From contig NC_042998.1 in assembly GCF_006345805.1 (NCBI RefSeq), positions 45,322,001 to 45,386,000 of the forward strand: 64,000 bases of DNA, in the 5' to 3' direction. Position numbers and translations under genes: made by a program. This DNA comes from Octopus sinensis. Lineage: Eukaryota. The notes under the pieces were generated by a model that was given only the letters and a program-made list of their open reading frames with translations, was not told where the DNA came from and did not search any database. Of the stretch, positions 38,933 to 52,610 are shown in pieces. Numbering within the stretch: position 1 is the stretch's first letter; each line of letters begins with the position of its first letter.

Positions 38933-39151
38933 CCCTTTAGTTTTCAAACTGGCCATATCCAGCCCAAATATTTTATCTGTTTTATGTTCAAACCAGCAAA
39001 ATCCGGTCTTTCACACCTACCCTACAATGTCAGTCTAAAAGTAAACAATCGCATCATTGAAATCTTGGAGCTATGAGACAGTGCATGATAAATTCAAAAC
39101 AACATTAATAAAAAGCATTACATTTGAGAAAGTAATTTGGATGCTAAAGGA
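38933..39151. mobile_element. piggyBac-like MITE family P2
   Basis: TTAA-CCCTTTAG ... ATGCTAAAGGA-TTAA. Related copies at 22403-22855 (interrupted), 39870-40080 and 59925-59987. Confidence 0.75.
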
Positions 39152-39808
39152 TTAAACTCAGTGAAATAGACACTGTTTTAAAATTTTAATCCATGTCTCA
39201 GAAGCTAAGAAGGTTGCAACTCAAAAATTGGGGCTCTTTCAATTCTACTTTTGGCTTTATTTGCTTTGATTATTTTAAAAACAACTTAATTTCAATGGCT
39301 TTTAAATAAAACAAAGTTTTATTTAAATAAGATTATCTTCATGTTTTGTCTGTTACATCATATGAACTAAAAGTAGAGCATATAGTTATTAACGAATGTG
39401 CCAATGTCCTGTACGTTACATCAAGTGTACATGTATGTTTTCTGATTTAAAAAAAACAGGTTTTACAAGTTTATTTACCATCGCTAATATTCTGTTTTAT
39501 AGCTGAATTTAAAATTGTTCAGGGTTTTTTGTTTGTTTTTTTTACTTTACTTATAGCTTAATGTAAGCAATGATATATTATTTAATCTAAGAACTCACTT
39601 CTAACGATCCACATAATAGTATTATTTATAGTTATTTATACAATAGCTTGAGGGATTAATTTTTGATTACTGTTATTGATTTCATTCAGTTACTCCCTTG
39701 AGTGTATTGAAATATAGCCTTCAGCACACATCCTGCCAGTCATATTGTTTATCCTGTTGGATAATTCTGAAGCTTAAACAGTGATATTCACTTCAGCTTT
39801 TAATTACT

Positions 39809-39857
<49 letters not shown>

Positions 39858-41794
39858 AATATTGTTCAACCATTTATCATTTAAACCAGCCATATCCGGC
39901 CCAAATACTCTACCTGTTTTGTGTTCAAAATGCTCAGATCTGGACTCTCTCACCTACCCTGCAATCTCATTCTAAAAATAACAATTACATCATTGAAATC
40001 TCAGAGTTAGAAGATAATGCATGATTAATTCAAAACAATGGGAATAAATAAGCATTATATTTGATGATCTGAATGCTGAAAAAAAAAAATATATATATAT
40101 ATATATGGCGGTGCCCCAGCATGGCCACAGCTCATTAGCTGAAACTGGAAAAATCAAAATCAAAAAAATCATATATATAGACAATCTCCCGGCAAACCAA
40201 ATTCATGACAGGAATTTTGCTACCATTGTTTAACCTCAAACAGACAGAGTAGTCATGATGGTTCCCATTATGACCACTTTGTCTTTATATATCTAGGATG
40301 GTTAAGTGAGATTCAAGGAGACTTCAGTACCAGTTCTAGCATGTCAAGTAACCATGTAGAGACTTTCTTTGTTGGTTCATTCATAACAGGATTTTAATTC
40401 TTGCTGGGAACTGCTGGTTTCTTTTGCAATGCTTGAGTAAACACCCTCTCCCTTACTTAACTAGTATCATAGAGACAGTTTCCAATTACCACTACAAGGC
40501 ATCTGTCTCTCATAACTGGCATATTCTTCAAAAGTTTGGAAATGGGCAGAGAAAACATGGAGGGGACACTGTAATATTATTGGAGACTCTTGTAGGTGAC
40601 AATATATCTAATTACTGTGGCTTGTTGACATGAACCCAATTTATATTGTAAAGTGGTTGGTAATAAGAACAAACAACAGAATTGGATGGGGGAATTTTTG
40701 GCTTGTTTTATGTGTCTCTGATGAAGAAAGACAGTGGTAGATTGTGAGATGAAGAATTGCAGTGAGGTGTAACATGAAGAACTACAACAGAGTACAAGGA
40801 TTGTGGCAGGATGAAGGGCCATAGTAGATCCCCAACTTGCTGATGACCACAATGAGTCAAAAGACAGCACCATGGTGGGTTGTAGGATGAAGAACTATAA
40901 CAGGTTGTAAGACAGACAACTACAGTAGGTTGCGGGACAGAGGACCATTGTTGGTTGAAAGACAGATGGCTATAGCGAGCTACAGATGAAAAACCACAAT
41001 GTGCTCCAAGCTGTAGCATAGCAAAACATTGTGAAACCCATCCAACCAAGGAAAAAAGAAAAATCATATGTTAAGTATATATATAACGAAACTACCGAAT
41101 CAATTTATAGCCGAGAGCAAATTCTTGAAACAATACAAATCCTGTGCTGTAATTCTTTCCAGTTGTTTAATTTTTATGGCAATTTCTTCTCTAATGTTTA
41201 AAAATAATGCACATTATACATGGATGGTTGAAAGAAAATGATGTGGAAAACAATTGTAATTTATCAATTGAAGAAACATATGTGGGTGGGGGTGCGTGAA
41301 TATTTAGAACCCTCAGGATTTCCGTTGGATCAACAGAATATTCTTTAAGCTACTGATTAATATATGAAATGAATTTTATTAGCAATGCAACTGTTAGGTT
41401 TTTAAGTTTTAAAATTCACTTTTCAATTAGGTTTCTAATGTTTTCTGTTTGGTATCATAACATTGTGAAATAAACTGCATCTCAAGCTGACAGTTGATTT
41501 ACATACAGCAACACTGAAAATACAAACAAGTTGAAAAGAGGACAAGCCATTACTATAATTTATTTATCTATCTTTCTATGTACTTATGTGCATGTGTTTT
41601 ATATATCTCACGATGGTGCTCCAGCATAACCGCAGCATAATGAGTAAAAGTATGTGAGTGTAGATAACGATAGTCTATGGCCATAGTAAATACTCTACTG
41701 CTCTATAACTTAGCATGTGCTTCTCTTTCAGATTTATGACTTACTGACGACACATGCACGCATGCGCGCACACACACACACAGTTTTTTTCAGC

Positions 41795-41985
41795 CATGTA
41801 ATGATGTGTGCTTTTCCTTCTCTCTGGATTCTTTCCTCTTTCTGATGAAGAGCCATGCTCGAAACATCACACCCACTCTTTTCTCCATTTTAATCTTTCT
41901 CTGAGCATCAATCTAATACATTCACTGTGTACATCCTTTTGACATTTGTTGTTTTCCCTGTTTTTATTTTTGATTTGCCTACATA
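41795..41985 (+). mobile_element. Penelope-type terminal repeat with a decayed hammerhead motif
   Basis: cttt CTGATGA A GAGC cat GCTC GAAA CA TC at 41838-41868; the whole unit is homologous to 17660-17840. Confidence 0.6.
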
Positions 41986-41987
41986 TA

Positions 41988-42345
41988 TGAGGGTGGGTCA
42001 AAAAGTAATGCCATTTTGTTTAGGACAGGTATAATTACCAACACAGGTACATGTATCATACATCAAAATGAAGCTGGTCTTCTGTGGATCACATCCTTAC
42101 TTCTCAACATAGTCACCATTTCTCTCAGTAGCAATATTCCACCTTCAAATGAGATCATGTATCCCTGCCCCGTAAAATTCTGTTAACTGTTCTTTGAGCC
42201 ACTTCTTCACTACAGTTTTCACTTCCTCGTCACTGGAATAATTTAGCGCCTTCAGACTATCATCTCTTTGGCCCCATGAAAGAGGACCAGCTTTATTTTG
42301 ATGTATGATACATGTTCCTGTGCTGGTAATTATTGATTACTCCTC
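41988..42345. mobile_element. Rearranged mariner derivative made of two inverted 3' ends
   Basis: The minus strand encodes YSSDEEVKTVVKKWLKEQ...NGDYVEK* and the plus strand encodes LAPSDYHLFGPMKE; 42032-42079 is inverted at 42285-42332. Confidence 0.7.
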
Positions 42346-42589
42346 CTGGGCATATAATTGGATCATTAATGCTGGTGACAAATGTGGCTAAAAAGACCAG
42401 TCCTCAAACAGAATACATGATTGCATTAGCCACATGTGAATGTTGGAGTCAGTTGTGGTTACTGCTGTCTGGCTTTCCTTTGCTGTTTGTTGTCTCTCTT
42501 CCTCTTTTTATATTCTTTCTCTTTTGAACAATATTACATAACTGTTGGTTTTGTTGGTAGTCGGAACAGTTGGTTACAATCATCTCAAA

Positions 42590-42900
42590 AGTTAGGGAGT
42601 CAGAGCCAGTATGCTTCAGAGTTAACTTTAGATGATCTTTGTATCATCAAAGAGCGGCTCCTCTTTGTCTTTTCTCCAGTTGCCAGTTTACTGAAGAGGA
42701 TTTGACAAGGAAGTCATCATTCATCCAGGTGGCATGGCCAGCCTGTCAAAGATGATGTTTGACAATTAGGGATTCAATGCTCAAGAGAAAGCAAAGTTTC
42801 ATTTGAAGAAAGTGTTTGAGTTTTTTGATGTTGTAACAATGCAAAGTCCAACTTTCTCAACTCTGTAGAAGCGTAGACATAACAACATCTTGGTAGACCA
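42590..42900 (-). mobile_element. Old RTE/BovB-like RT C-terminal fragment
   Basis: Frameshifted SIESLIVKHHL*QAGHATWMNDD...YKDHLKLTLK resembles SIEALL..QLRWAGHV.RM.D...YKD.LK. Confidence 0.5.
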
Positions 42901-43534
42901 TAATCTTCATCTTCAAAGACAAAGATTATGGTCTTTATATATATGGAATGTATATGTATATAGTCTGTAGGTGAGAGCTAGATAACCTCAGTTCAGGAAA
43001 CACATAGTAGTGATCAAATAAATTTGAACTTAAAATCCAGGGCAAGGCCCTCAGCAAAAGAAGTTATATGAGAAATCCAAATCAAGCTGATAAAGAGTTA
43101 GTAATGTACAGATATGTATACACACACACACACACACATACATTCCCTCTCACAACAATAAATCTGTTCCTCTTATCACAATAATTTCTCAACTCCTTGT
43201 CTAAAGACATTGCTCCGTCTATTCTTCCTCAGTCTTGGGGACTCTTTAGTCTTGTGAGTTACAAGACAACCTCACTAGTGCCACCAAAAAGAAAAAAATG
43301 CACCCTGTAACCTGCGTGAGAGTGGTTGGTGTTAGGAAGAGCATCCAGTCACAAAAACCATGCCAAGACTGAGACACTCGACCATGGTGCAGTGCAGTGG
43401 GATTGAATCCAAAACAATGTGGTTAGGAAGTGAACTTCTCAACCACACAGCCACTATGTGTGTATATATATATATACATACATATTCCCAGGGTGATGTT
43501 TGTCAGCACTTCTAGTTGTTTAATATATACATAT

Positions 43535-43857
43535 ATCATCATCATTTAGCGTCCATTGTCCATGCTGCCATAGGTTGGATGGTTTGACCAGTGCTGGTAA
43601 TCTGAGGGGCTGCACCAGACTCCAGTCTGATTTGGCATGGTTTCTATGGCTGGATGCCCTTCCTAATGCCAACCACTCTGAAAGTGTGTAATGGGTGCTT
43701 TTACATGCCACCAGTACAGGTGCCAGTTGGATGACACTAGTATCTTCCATAACTATGCTTTCACTTGGCTTGATGGGTCTTCTTCTCAAGCACAGCATAT
43801 TGCCAAAGGTCTCAATCATTTGTCATTACCTCCATGAGGCCCAGCACTCGAAAGGTG

Positions 43858-43860
<3 letters not shown>
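43535..43860 (-). mobile_element. RTE 3'-end fragment
   Basis: Same 3'-terminal signature. Confidence 0.75.
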
Positions 43861-43914
<54 letters not shown>

Positions 43915-44444
43915 ATATATTAAAATTTTGTCTTGAGTCTACAGGCACATTTGGCCAGTCCATTGCAGGTTTAGCCCCATCTATTACTGGTACTAATTTT
44001 CAGCTGAGTGCACTGAAAGCAATGGGAAATGAAGCCCTTCAATGACATGATGTGTCATCTGGTCTAAGAATTAAACTCACGGTTGTAAGAATGTGAGCCT
44101 AGCACCCTCACCACTTGGTCACATGCCTTTGCTTGATGTTATGTAATATATAATTGTCTATAGTGTATATTATGTAATTCTCTTATATAACTGTCTTCCA
44201 TGTTATATAATGCATATCCAGTTGCCTTTAATATTATGTAATATATAATTGTATTTGATATATATATATATATATATATATAAATAATTATATTTAATAT
44301 TGCATGTATGAATATGTATTGAATATAAATATATTCAAAATTTTATTAAAATTTATAACATATATATATTATTTTAAGATTATTAATATTATATATATAT
44401 ATATATATTATATATATATATATATGCATCTCTGTGGTAAGAAG

Positions 44445-44577
44445 TTTGTTTCCCAACTACATGGTTTCAGGTTCAGTCCCATTGTGTGGCACCATAAGTG
44501 TCTTTTATAGCCCCAGGCTAACCAATGCCTGTCAGTGGATTTGATAGATATTTAATTTGATAAACTGAAGGACTCCT

Positions 44578-44615
<38 letters not shown>

Positions 44616-44850
44616 GTTGTCTCCTTGTCTTGACATTGCATGATAACTGTGAGTGCCACTCACAAGGAGTGTCCATCATTTCCAGTCTTCTGGGGAATCA
44701 TGTCTCGTCATTGGAAAATATTACCATGCTTGGAAACAGGTGGGGGTTGAAAATAGGAAGGGCAACTGGCTGTAGAAAATCTACTGCAGCAAATTCCATC
44801 TTAATCATGTAAGCATAGAAAAGTGGATGTTAAAATGATAATGATGATAC
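44445..44850 (+). mobile_element. SINE-A2: SINE-A left arm with an RTE-type 3' tail
   Basis: After (TG)n it carries a different arm ending gaagggcaactggctgtagaaaa...gcatagaaaagtggatgttaaaatgataatgatg. Similar copies at 13040-13400 and 2760-3170; tail-only pieces at 4790-5050 and 17860-18090. Confidence 0.7.
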
Positions 44851-45229
44851 CATGATGCACAATCTATTCCAGAAAGTGATTCCTGAAAGTGATTCACAAA
44901 ATTCATGAGAAACACTTCATATATAATTTTTCTTTTAGTTCCTTTATGCAACACAAAAGGAATTAAATCTTTTAAATTAGGTAATTAATCACGCTTTGTG
45001 TAATAATTGTTGCAACGTTTATTGATTACATTGTTCTCTCCCTTTTGCTTTGAGCACTTCATCTTTCTCCCACCAACAGATGGCCACACTGTAGATTTAT
45101 TTTGTATTCAATCTGCCCCCTTTAACTGTTGTCCATTTCTATTGCTATTTATCACTCTCTCTTTCTGCCTCTATCTATCCCCCTCCCTCTCGCATACCTT
45201 TTTCTTTTCTATTCCTCAGTCTATTATCA

Positions 45230-45267
<38 letters not shown>

Positions 45268-46097
45268 TCTCTCTCCCTCTATCTCTATCTATCTATCTGT
45301 ATCAATCTATACATATATATATATATATTTTTATTTTATAAATTAATTTACTCTGCTATTTATTGAGTACCTTATTTACTGTGGTTAACCCCGACTCAAC
45401 CCGGGACCTACATATATATATATATACATATATATATATACACCTATCTCTCTCTATCTGTCTGTCTATCTATCTCTATCTATTTATCTCTATCTATCTA
45501 TCTGTCTATGTGTCTATCTATCCTATATCTCTCTGTCTGTCTCTCTTTCTCTCTATCTATCTAATGTTTGTATTCAATGCCCTCATCAACAACCAACTCC
45601 TTCTCTCTTCTATATACAGCACCTCTTCAATCCCATCGCCCTCGCCCTCTTGTATATCTCTCTCATCCTCCTACCTGCTACTGTAGAAAGTAAGGAACAT
45701 GTGAATGGCAACAGTGTAAGGGTGAGAGGACTCTTCAGGCTGGTTGAGGACAAAACAAGCTCTTGAGTGTTAGTGTTATGATAAACATGATCAGAGTACA
45801 CTTTGTAAAGTGTTTGGTAGTAGGAAGAGCATCCGGCAATAGAAACTATGCAGGAAATAGAATGTAAGAGCTAGGAATAGACCCTGACCTATGTAAGAGG
45901 GTTGTAACTCTGAACAAGAAGTGATTTAGACCACATCAACCAATCTAACGAATGCCAGCATAGAAAAGTGATTATAAAGACAATGATGTGTTTGTGTTAT
46001 GTATAACAGAAGCAATACTAGTTTGAAATAACAATCTATGTATTATATTTAAAACAGATACATTATTGAAAGCCCAATTAGCTGTGGCTTTCATCTT

Positions 46098-46358
46098 GAG
46101 GTGGAGGCACATGGTTTAGTAGTTATGGTGTCAGCATCATGATCGTAAGATTGTGGTTTCGATTCCTGGACCGGGCGACGCGTTGTGTTCTTGAGCAAAA
46201 CACTTCATTTCACGTTGCTCCAGTTCACTCAGCTGCCCGGCAAAATAAGTAACGCTGCGATGGAGTGGTGTCCCGTCCAGCTGGGGAACACATACGTCAT
46301 TGAAACCAGGAAACCGGGCCCATGAGCCTGGCTAGGCTTTAAAAGGGCACATCTATTT
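46098..46358 (+). mobile_element. SINE-C (tRNA head plus conserved central domain), tail type a
   Basis: Head GGCACATGGTTTAGTAGTT...GGTTTCGATTCC; core TTGTGTTCTTGAGCAAAACACTTCATTTCACGTTGCTCCAGT.CACTCAGCTG. Other copies at 19125-19360(-), 19908-20242(-), 28485-28740(-), 33172-33440, 37250-37500 and 59765-59920(-). Confidence 0.8.
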
Positions 46359-46392
46359 TTATTGTCATCTTGAGATCGTATCACTTTATAGA

Positions 46393-49300
46393 CATCATCA
46401 TCATCATCATCATTTAGCGTCCGTTTTCCATGCTAGCATGGGTTGGACGGTTCTACTGGGGTCTGTGAAGCCAGAAGGCTTCATCAGGCCCAGTCAAATC
46501 TGGCAGTGTTTCTACGGCTGGATGCCCTTCCTAACGCCAACCACTCCGTGAGTGTAGTGGGTGCTTTTTACGTGCCACCCGCACACTGGTGCCAGACAGA
46601 GCTGGCAAACGGCCACGAACGGATGGTGCTTTTTATGTGCCACCGGCACGAGGCCAGGCGAGGCTGGCAACGGACACGAAACGGGGCGGTGCTGGCAACG
46701 GTCGCGAAACGGAAAGTTCTCTTACATGCCACCGGCACTGGTAACACATCTGCAATTTCCATTGATCGATTTCCATTGATCGATTTCGATTCTGATCCTC
46801 ACTTGCCTCAATGGGTCTTCACAAGCAGAGTTTCGACATGCCACCGGCACTGGTAGCACATCCGCAATTTCCATTGATCGATTTCGATTCTGATCCTCAC
46901 TTGCCTCAACACGTCTTCACAAGTAGAGTTTTGTGTCCCAAGAAGGGAAGGTATGCATACGTAGGCTGGCTCCATCCCATGTAGAAGGCCACGGGTTGTG
47001 GACTCACTTGTCCTGCCGGGTCTTCTCGCGCACAGCACACTTCCAGAGGTCTCGGTCTCTAGTCATTTCCTCAGTGAGACCTAAAGTTCGAAGGTCGTGC
47101 TTCACCACCTCGTCCCAGGTTTTCCTGGGTCTGCCTCTTCCACAGGTTCCCTCAACCGCTAGGGTGTGGCACTTTTTCACACAACTATCTTCATCCATTC
47201 TCGCCACATGACCATACCAGCGCAAACGTCTCTCTTGCACACCACAACTGATGCTTCTTAGGTCCAGCTTTTCTCTCAAGGTACTTACATACCGGCATTA
47301 CACATCCATCGGAGCATACTGGCTTCATTTCTAGCGAGCTTACACATATCCTCAGCAGTCACGGCCCATGTTTCACTGCCATGTAGCATGGCTGTTCATA
47401 CACAAGTGTCATACAGTCTGCCTTTCACTCTGTGCGAGAGGCCTTTTGTCACCAGCAGAGGTAAGAGCTCTCTGAACTTTGCCCAAGCTATTCTTACTCT
47501 AGCAGTTACACTTTCAGCACACCCGCCCCCGCTGCTGACTTGGTCACCTAGGTAACGGAAACTATCAACTATTTCTAGTTTTTCTCCCTGGAAAGTGACG
47601 GAAGTTGGTCTCAGAGCATTTTCAGTGTTTATTGTTCCTGAGCATCTGCCACATACAAAAACCATCTTCCTAGTTAGCCTTCCTTTGACATTGCTGCATC
47701 TCTTATGTGTCCATAGCTTACACTTGGTGCATCTTATAGAGTTTCTACCTACACCTTTTCTACAGATCGAGCAGGGCCATCTACCTGAAGGTGTTTGTGA
47801 TTTGTCTACCTTCCTACTGATTACGACTTTGGTTTTAGCTAGATTGACTCTGAGGCCCTTCGATTCTAATCCTTGTTTCCACACCTGAAACTTCTCCTCC
47901 AGTTCTGATAGCGACTCAGCAATTAGAGCAAGGTCATCAGCATAGAGGAGCTCCCAGGGCATCCTGTCTTGAATTCCTCCGTTATTGCCTGGAGGACTAT
48001 GATAAATAGGAGGGGGCTGAGTACTGAGCCTTGGTGGACCCCTACCTCTACCCGGAATTCTTCACTGTACTCATTTCCAACCCTCACCCTACTAGCGGCG
48101 TCCCTATACATGGCCCGCACAGCTCTCACTAACCATTCATCTATCCCTAGTTTTCTCATTGCCCACCAGATAAGGGATCGGGGGACCCTGTCGAAGGCTT
48201 TCTCCATGTCACACAAAGCCAGGTACAGGGGCTTATCTTTGGCTAGGTATTTCTCCTGCAGCTGCCTTACCAGGAATATAGCATCAGTAGTACTTTTCCC
48301 TGGCACAAACCCAAACTGCATCTCATCTAAACTAACTCTCTCTCTAATTAGTTGGGCTATGACCCTCTCCGTAACCTTCATCACCTGGTCCAACAGCTTG
48401 ATACCTCTGTAGTTATTTGTATCTAGGGCATCACCTTTACCTTTGTAGCAGTTGACTATTATACTGCTACACCAGTCATTGGGTATGACCCCTTTGTGTA
48501 TCACCTGATTAACTATATGGGTGACTAGGCTATAGCCGACACTACCAGACATTTTGAGCATCTCTGCAGTGATTCCTGATGGCCCTGGGGCTTTCCCTGT
48601 CTTCATGCTTCTAATTGCCTTAGCTACCACAGAACTATCAACTCGGATAGCTGGTCCCTCTGTTGGGTCAACATTCGGCAGACTCTCTTTATCCCATTCA
48701 TTTTCTTCATTCAGCAACCTTTCATAGTGGCATCTCCAAACCTCTCTCTTTGCATCCTCATTTAGCGCAAGTGAACCATCTTCCATGCGAACACACTTCT
48801 CTCCTACCACATCACGATTCTCTCTCACACACTGTCTTGCAACACGAAACACCTCCAGTCTTTGGTCCTCACGGCGCAGAACATTGGCAAATTTTTTCTT
48901 ATCTGCTTCCCCTCTGGCTAAATAAACCTGTCTCCTAGCTTCTCTTTTGGCAGTCTGATACAATTCCCTGCTACCCCCATTTTTCCAGACCTTCCAAGCC
49001 TGTCTCTTTTCTCTAATAGCCCTGTCTACAATATTGTTCCACCACCACGTTATTCTAGGTCGAGAGGGGACTTTGCACCAGCCACAGATCTGGTCAGTGG
49101 CTCTCAGCAGGTTGTCCCTTAGAAACGTCCAGCTGTCTTCTACCCCCTGTGATGCTCTATCCCCTTCTACTTCGTCAGAGGCTTCAAGTAATATGTCCCT
49201 AAATCTCTGTCCATTTGCAGGATCTTTAAGCTTCCAGATCCTTCTTCTCCATATTTGTCGTCTTCTGGTTGTCCTCCTAGTCCTGATCCTAAAGTCACTA

Positions 49301-49940
49301 ACTACCAGTCTATGTTGTGGGGTACATTCTTCACCTGGGAAGGTTTTGGCATTTATAAGCAGCCATCTCTCCCTTTGCCTTGTAAGGATGTAGTCAATTT
49401 GGCTGGTATGTTGGCCCGATTGGTAAGTGACTAGGTGGCTGGTAGGTTTCCTGAAGTTAGTGTTGCAAATCATAAGATTATTTGCATCGCAGAACTCCAG
49501 CAGCCTGGTTCCCTCCTCGTTGCGGGAGCCATAGCCATAGCCTCCATGTACGCCATGGAAGCCCCCAGCATGTCATCCAACGTGACCATTGAAGTCACCA
49601 GCCACAAAGATAAGGTCTCTGTCGTTCGTCAATGAGGTAGTCTGCAGTAGAGTGTCATAGAATCGGTCTTTCTGTCCATCGGGTAGCCCCGACTGAGGAG
49701 CATAGGCTGATATAATGGTTGCTAAACTATGATGAAGCACTAATCTAATCTTAAGTATTCTGTCACTTACTCTGATTACCTCAATTACTTTATCTACCCA
49801 TTTCTCAGCGATAAGTATACCCACGCCACCAACCCCGTCAGTGTTCCCTGCCCAGAAAATCTTGTACCTGCGTTCCTTGCCTGTGAGGAACCTAGCTGAT
49901 CCTCCTCTCCACCTTATTTCTTGCATGCAACATATATACA
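46393..49940 (-). mobile_element. 5'-truncated RTE-clade LINE with 3' UTR and (ATG)n tail
   Basis: Minus-strand APE endonuclease motifs (AYAPQ, GDFNGHVG, QIDYIL) and RT motifs (NYRGIKLL, QFGF, KAFDRV, GVHQGSVLSP, YADDL), followed by a 3' UTR of about 600 bp ending in catcatcat on the + strand. No clear target-site duplication. Confidence 0.95.
47004..49940 (-). pseudogene. Disrupted APE-RT ORF of the RTE element
   Basis: In-frame TGA at 49573-49575, 1-nt frameshift near 47958 just before YADD, TGA at 47396-47398, and a deletion of about 16 nt near 47290 relative to the copy at 27.3 kb. The endonuclease N-terminus is missing. Confidence 0.9.
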
Positions 49941-50406
49941 ATGTTAAAAAACACAGAGATATATCAGTAGCAGACAAAAATCCTCCAGTACTACTACTAA
50001 ATGGTTTTTGTCTGCTGTTGAAGTATTTTTGTGTTTTTTAACACTGTATGTCTTATAAGCGATATTACTCCAGGACTGTAGTAAATTAAGCTTCCTGTAA
50101 TGTATCTCCTTTCAGTATGGTACTCAGATTGATAACTGGTGTCTTATCCAGTATAAACACACACACCACACACACACACACACATATTATGCTTTAGCTG
50201 GCCAAAACTTATATATTCTTTCATTCTTTTACTTCTTTCAGTCATTTGACTGTGGCCATGGTGGAGCACCACCTTTAGTCGAACGAATTGACCCCAGGAC
50301 TTATTCCTTGTAAGCCTAGTACTTATTCTATCAGTCTCTTTTGCTGAACTGCTAAGTGACGGGGACATAAATACACCAACATCAGTTCCCAAGCAATGGT
50401 GGGGGA

Positions 50407-50468
<62 letters not shown>

Positions 50469-50471
50469 TAA

Positions 50472-50503
<32 letters not shown>

Positions 50504-50747
50504 GACAGGATTCTTTCAGTTTCCATCTATCAAATCCACTCAGAAAGCTTTGGTTGGCCCGAGGCTATAGTAGAAAATGCTTGCCCAAGGTGCCACACAG
50601 TGGGACTGAACCTAGAACCATGTAGTTAGGAAGCAAGCTCCAAGCTTTTTACCACACAGCCACTCCTTATGTTTTACATGTTTCAGTCATTAGCTGCAGT
50701 GATGCTTGGGCATCAACTTCAAGACTTCATTTTGGACTGTATATATG

Positions 50748-50782
<35 letters not shown>

Positions 50783-51066
50783 TCATATCATCGTTTAACG
50801 TCCGCTTTCCATATATATATATGTTTGTGTGTCTGTGTTTGTCCTCCCACTATCACTTGACAACCAATGTTGGTGTGTTTACATCCCCATAACTTAGCAG
50901 TTCAGCAAAAGAGACCGATAGACTGAGTACTAGGCTTACAAAGAATAAGTTCTGGGATCGATTTGTTCAACTAAAGGCAGTGCTCCAGCATGGCCACAGT
51001 CAAATGCCTTAAACAAATAAAAGAATAAAAGATTATATATACATTATAAAAAATATACATATACAT

Positions 51067-51106
<40 letters not shown>

Positions 51107-51918
51107 TATATATACACACATATATATATACACATATTTACAAATATGCATATTGTTCCACTAATACTTCAGTATATTTGGTAATTATCAACCACAAGAG
51201 TAGATGCCATCTATTGAGGTTGATGTCCAGATAGAGGATGTAACTTCACTGACCTGGTTTTCATTTATAAGAATGGAACTAAAATTAGTCTTTATTCATT
51301 ACTTGAGCCAACCAAATTAAAGTCTTTTTAATTTCACCATGCCATCCTACTTGACATAGTGGAAAAATACAGAGGAAAAACAAGAGAGAGACAATTGACT
51401 AGAGGAGGAGTGGTTGGGATAGGAGATAAGCAGGAGAACAAGGGCCAGGGGGTTATGTGTAGCTAGAGCTAGAAGAGCTGAGAAGCAAAAGAGATATAAG
51501 GGGATAAGAAAAAAGCGATGGAGGAACAAAGTGGCTGAGCAAGTATTGTCTATCAGCATTCAATTAAGGTTTGGGGAGGCCTACAACAAAAGATTTTGTT
51601 AGGTTGGTCTTTTACTTACAACATTGACAGAGAATTTGAATTGCGGAATAATGTGTCCCAACCACAGGATTCCAGGTCCAATCCCACTGTGTGGCACCTC
51701 GGGCAAGTGTCTCCTACTATAAGAATAAGCGCCAAGCTTAATAAAAAGATCAGTGCCAGGGTTGATTCATTTCACTAAAAATTCTTGTGTGTGTGTGTGT
51801 ATGTATATGTATTTATTTATTCTATCGGTCTCTTTTTTGCCAAACCAGTAAGTTACAGGAACATAAACAGACCAACACTAGATGTGAAGCAGTGGTTGGA
51901 GACAAACACTGATGCAAA

Positions 51919-51992
<74 letters not shown>

Positions 51993-52610
51993 CATACATA
52001 CAACAGGCTTCTTTCAGTTTCTGTCCACCAAATCCTCTCACAAGGCTTTGGTCAGCCCAAGGCTATAGTAGAAGACACTTGCTCAAGGTGCCACATATTG
52101 AGACTGAAACTGGAGCCATGTGGTTGAGAAGCAAACTTTTTACCATAAAACCACACCTGAGGATATCTTCATAGCTAGCCTCAGTTCAAGCCAGTTCTAA
52201 TTTTAATATAAAGCATACACTTGCTGGCTTGCATGCATGCCATTTATATTATTACATACTCTCACTTTGATTTGTTTGGTTTTATCAGAAAGAGCATTCA
52301 GGTGCAACACCTTTTTCAGCAAATCTTGCAAATATCACAAAAGTGGTATCAGCATCTAATTTATGCAAACATCAAAACAGTATGTCATGGTTGTTTAGTA
52401 AAAAGTTATCTGAAGAAGTTACTTGTACTTCGTGAACATATGCCAGTGATATTGTCTGCAAACTTGATGGTTTTAGTTGTAGAAGAATATAATGTGGGAA
52501 TAAAAGCGAATGCTGAATTACAAACCACTATGACTGGTAATTATTCAATGCCAACGCCTGATGTTTTGAAGTTCACATCTTACTCGGGTTAGTTTGCTTA
52601 GTTGTAAATA

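Noticed and set aside
46475-46490. CTGATGA on the RTE sense strand as a hammerhead core
   Set aside because: No GAAA follows the stem, and other copies read CTGGTGCA at this position.
52221-52592. 123 aa non-repetitive ORF
   Set aside because: It has a TTG start, no recognised domain, and its acceptor phase is incompatible with the host exon. A BLASTX search would settle it.
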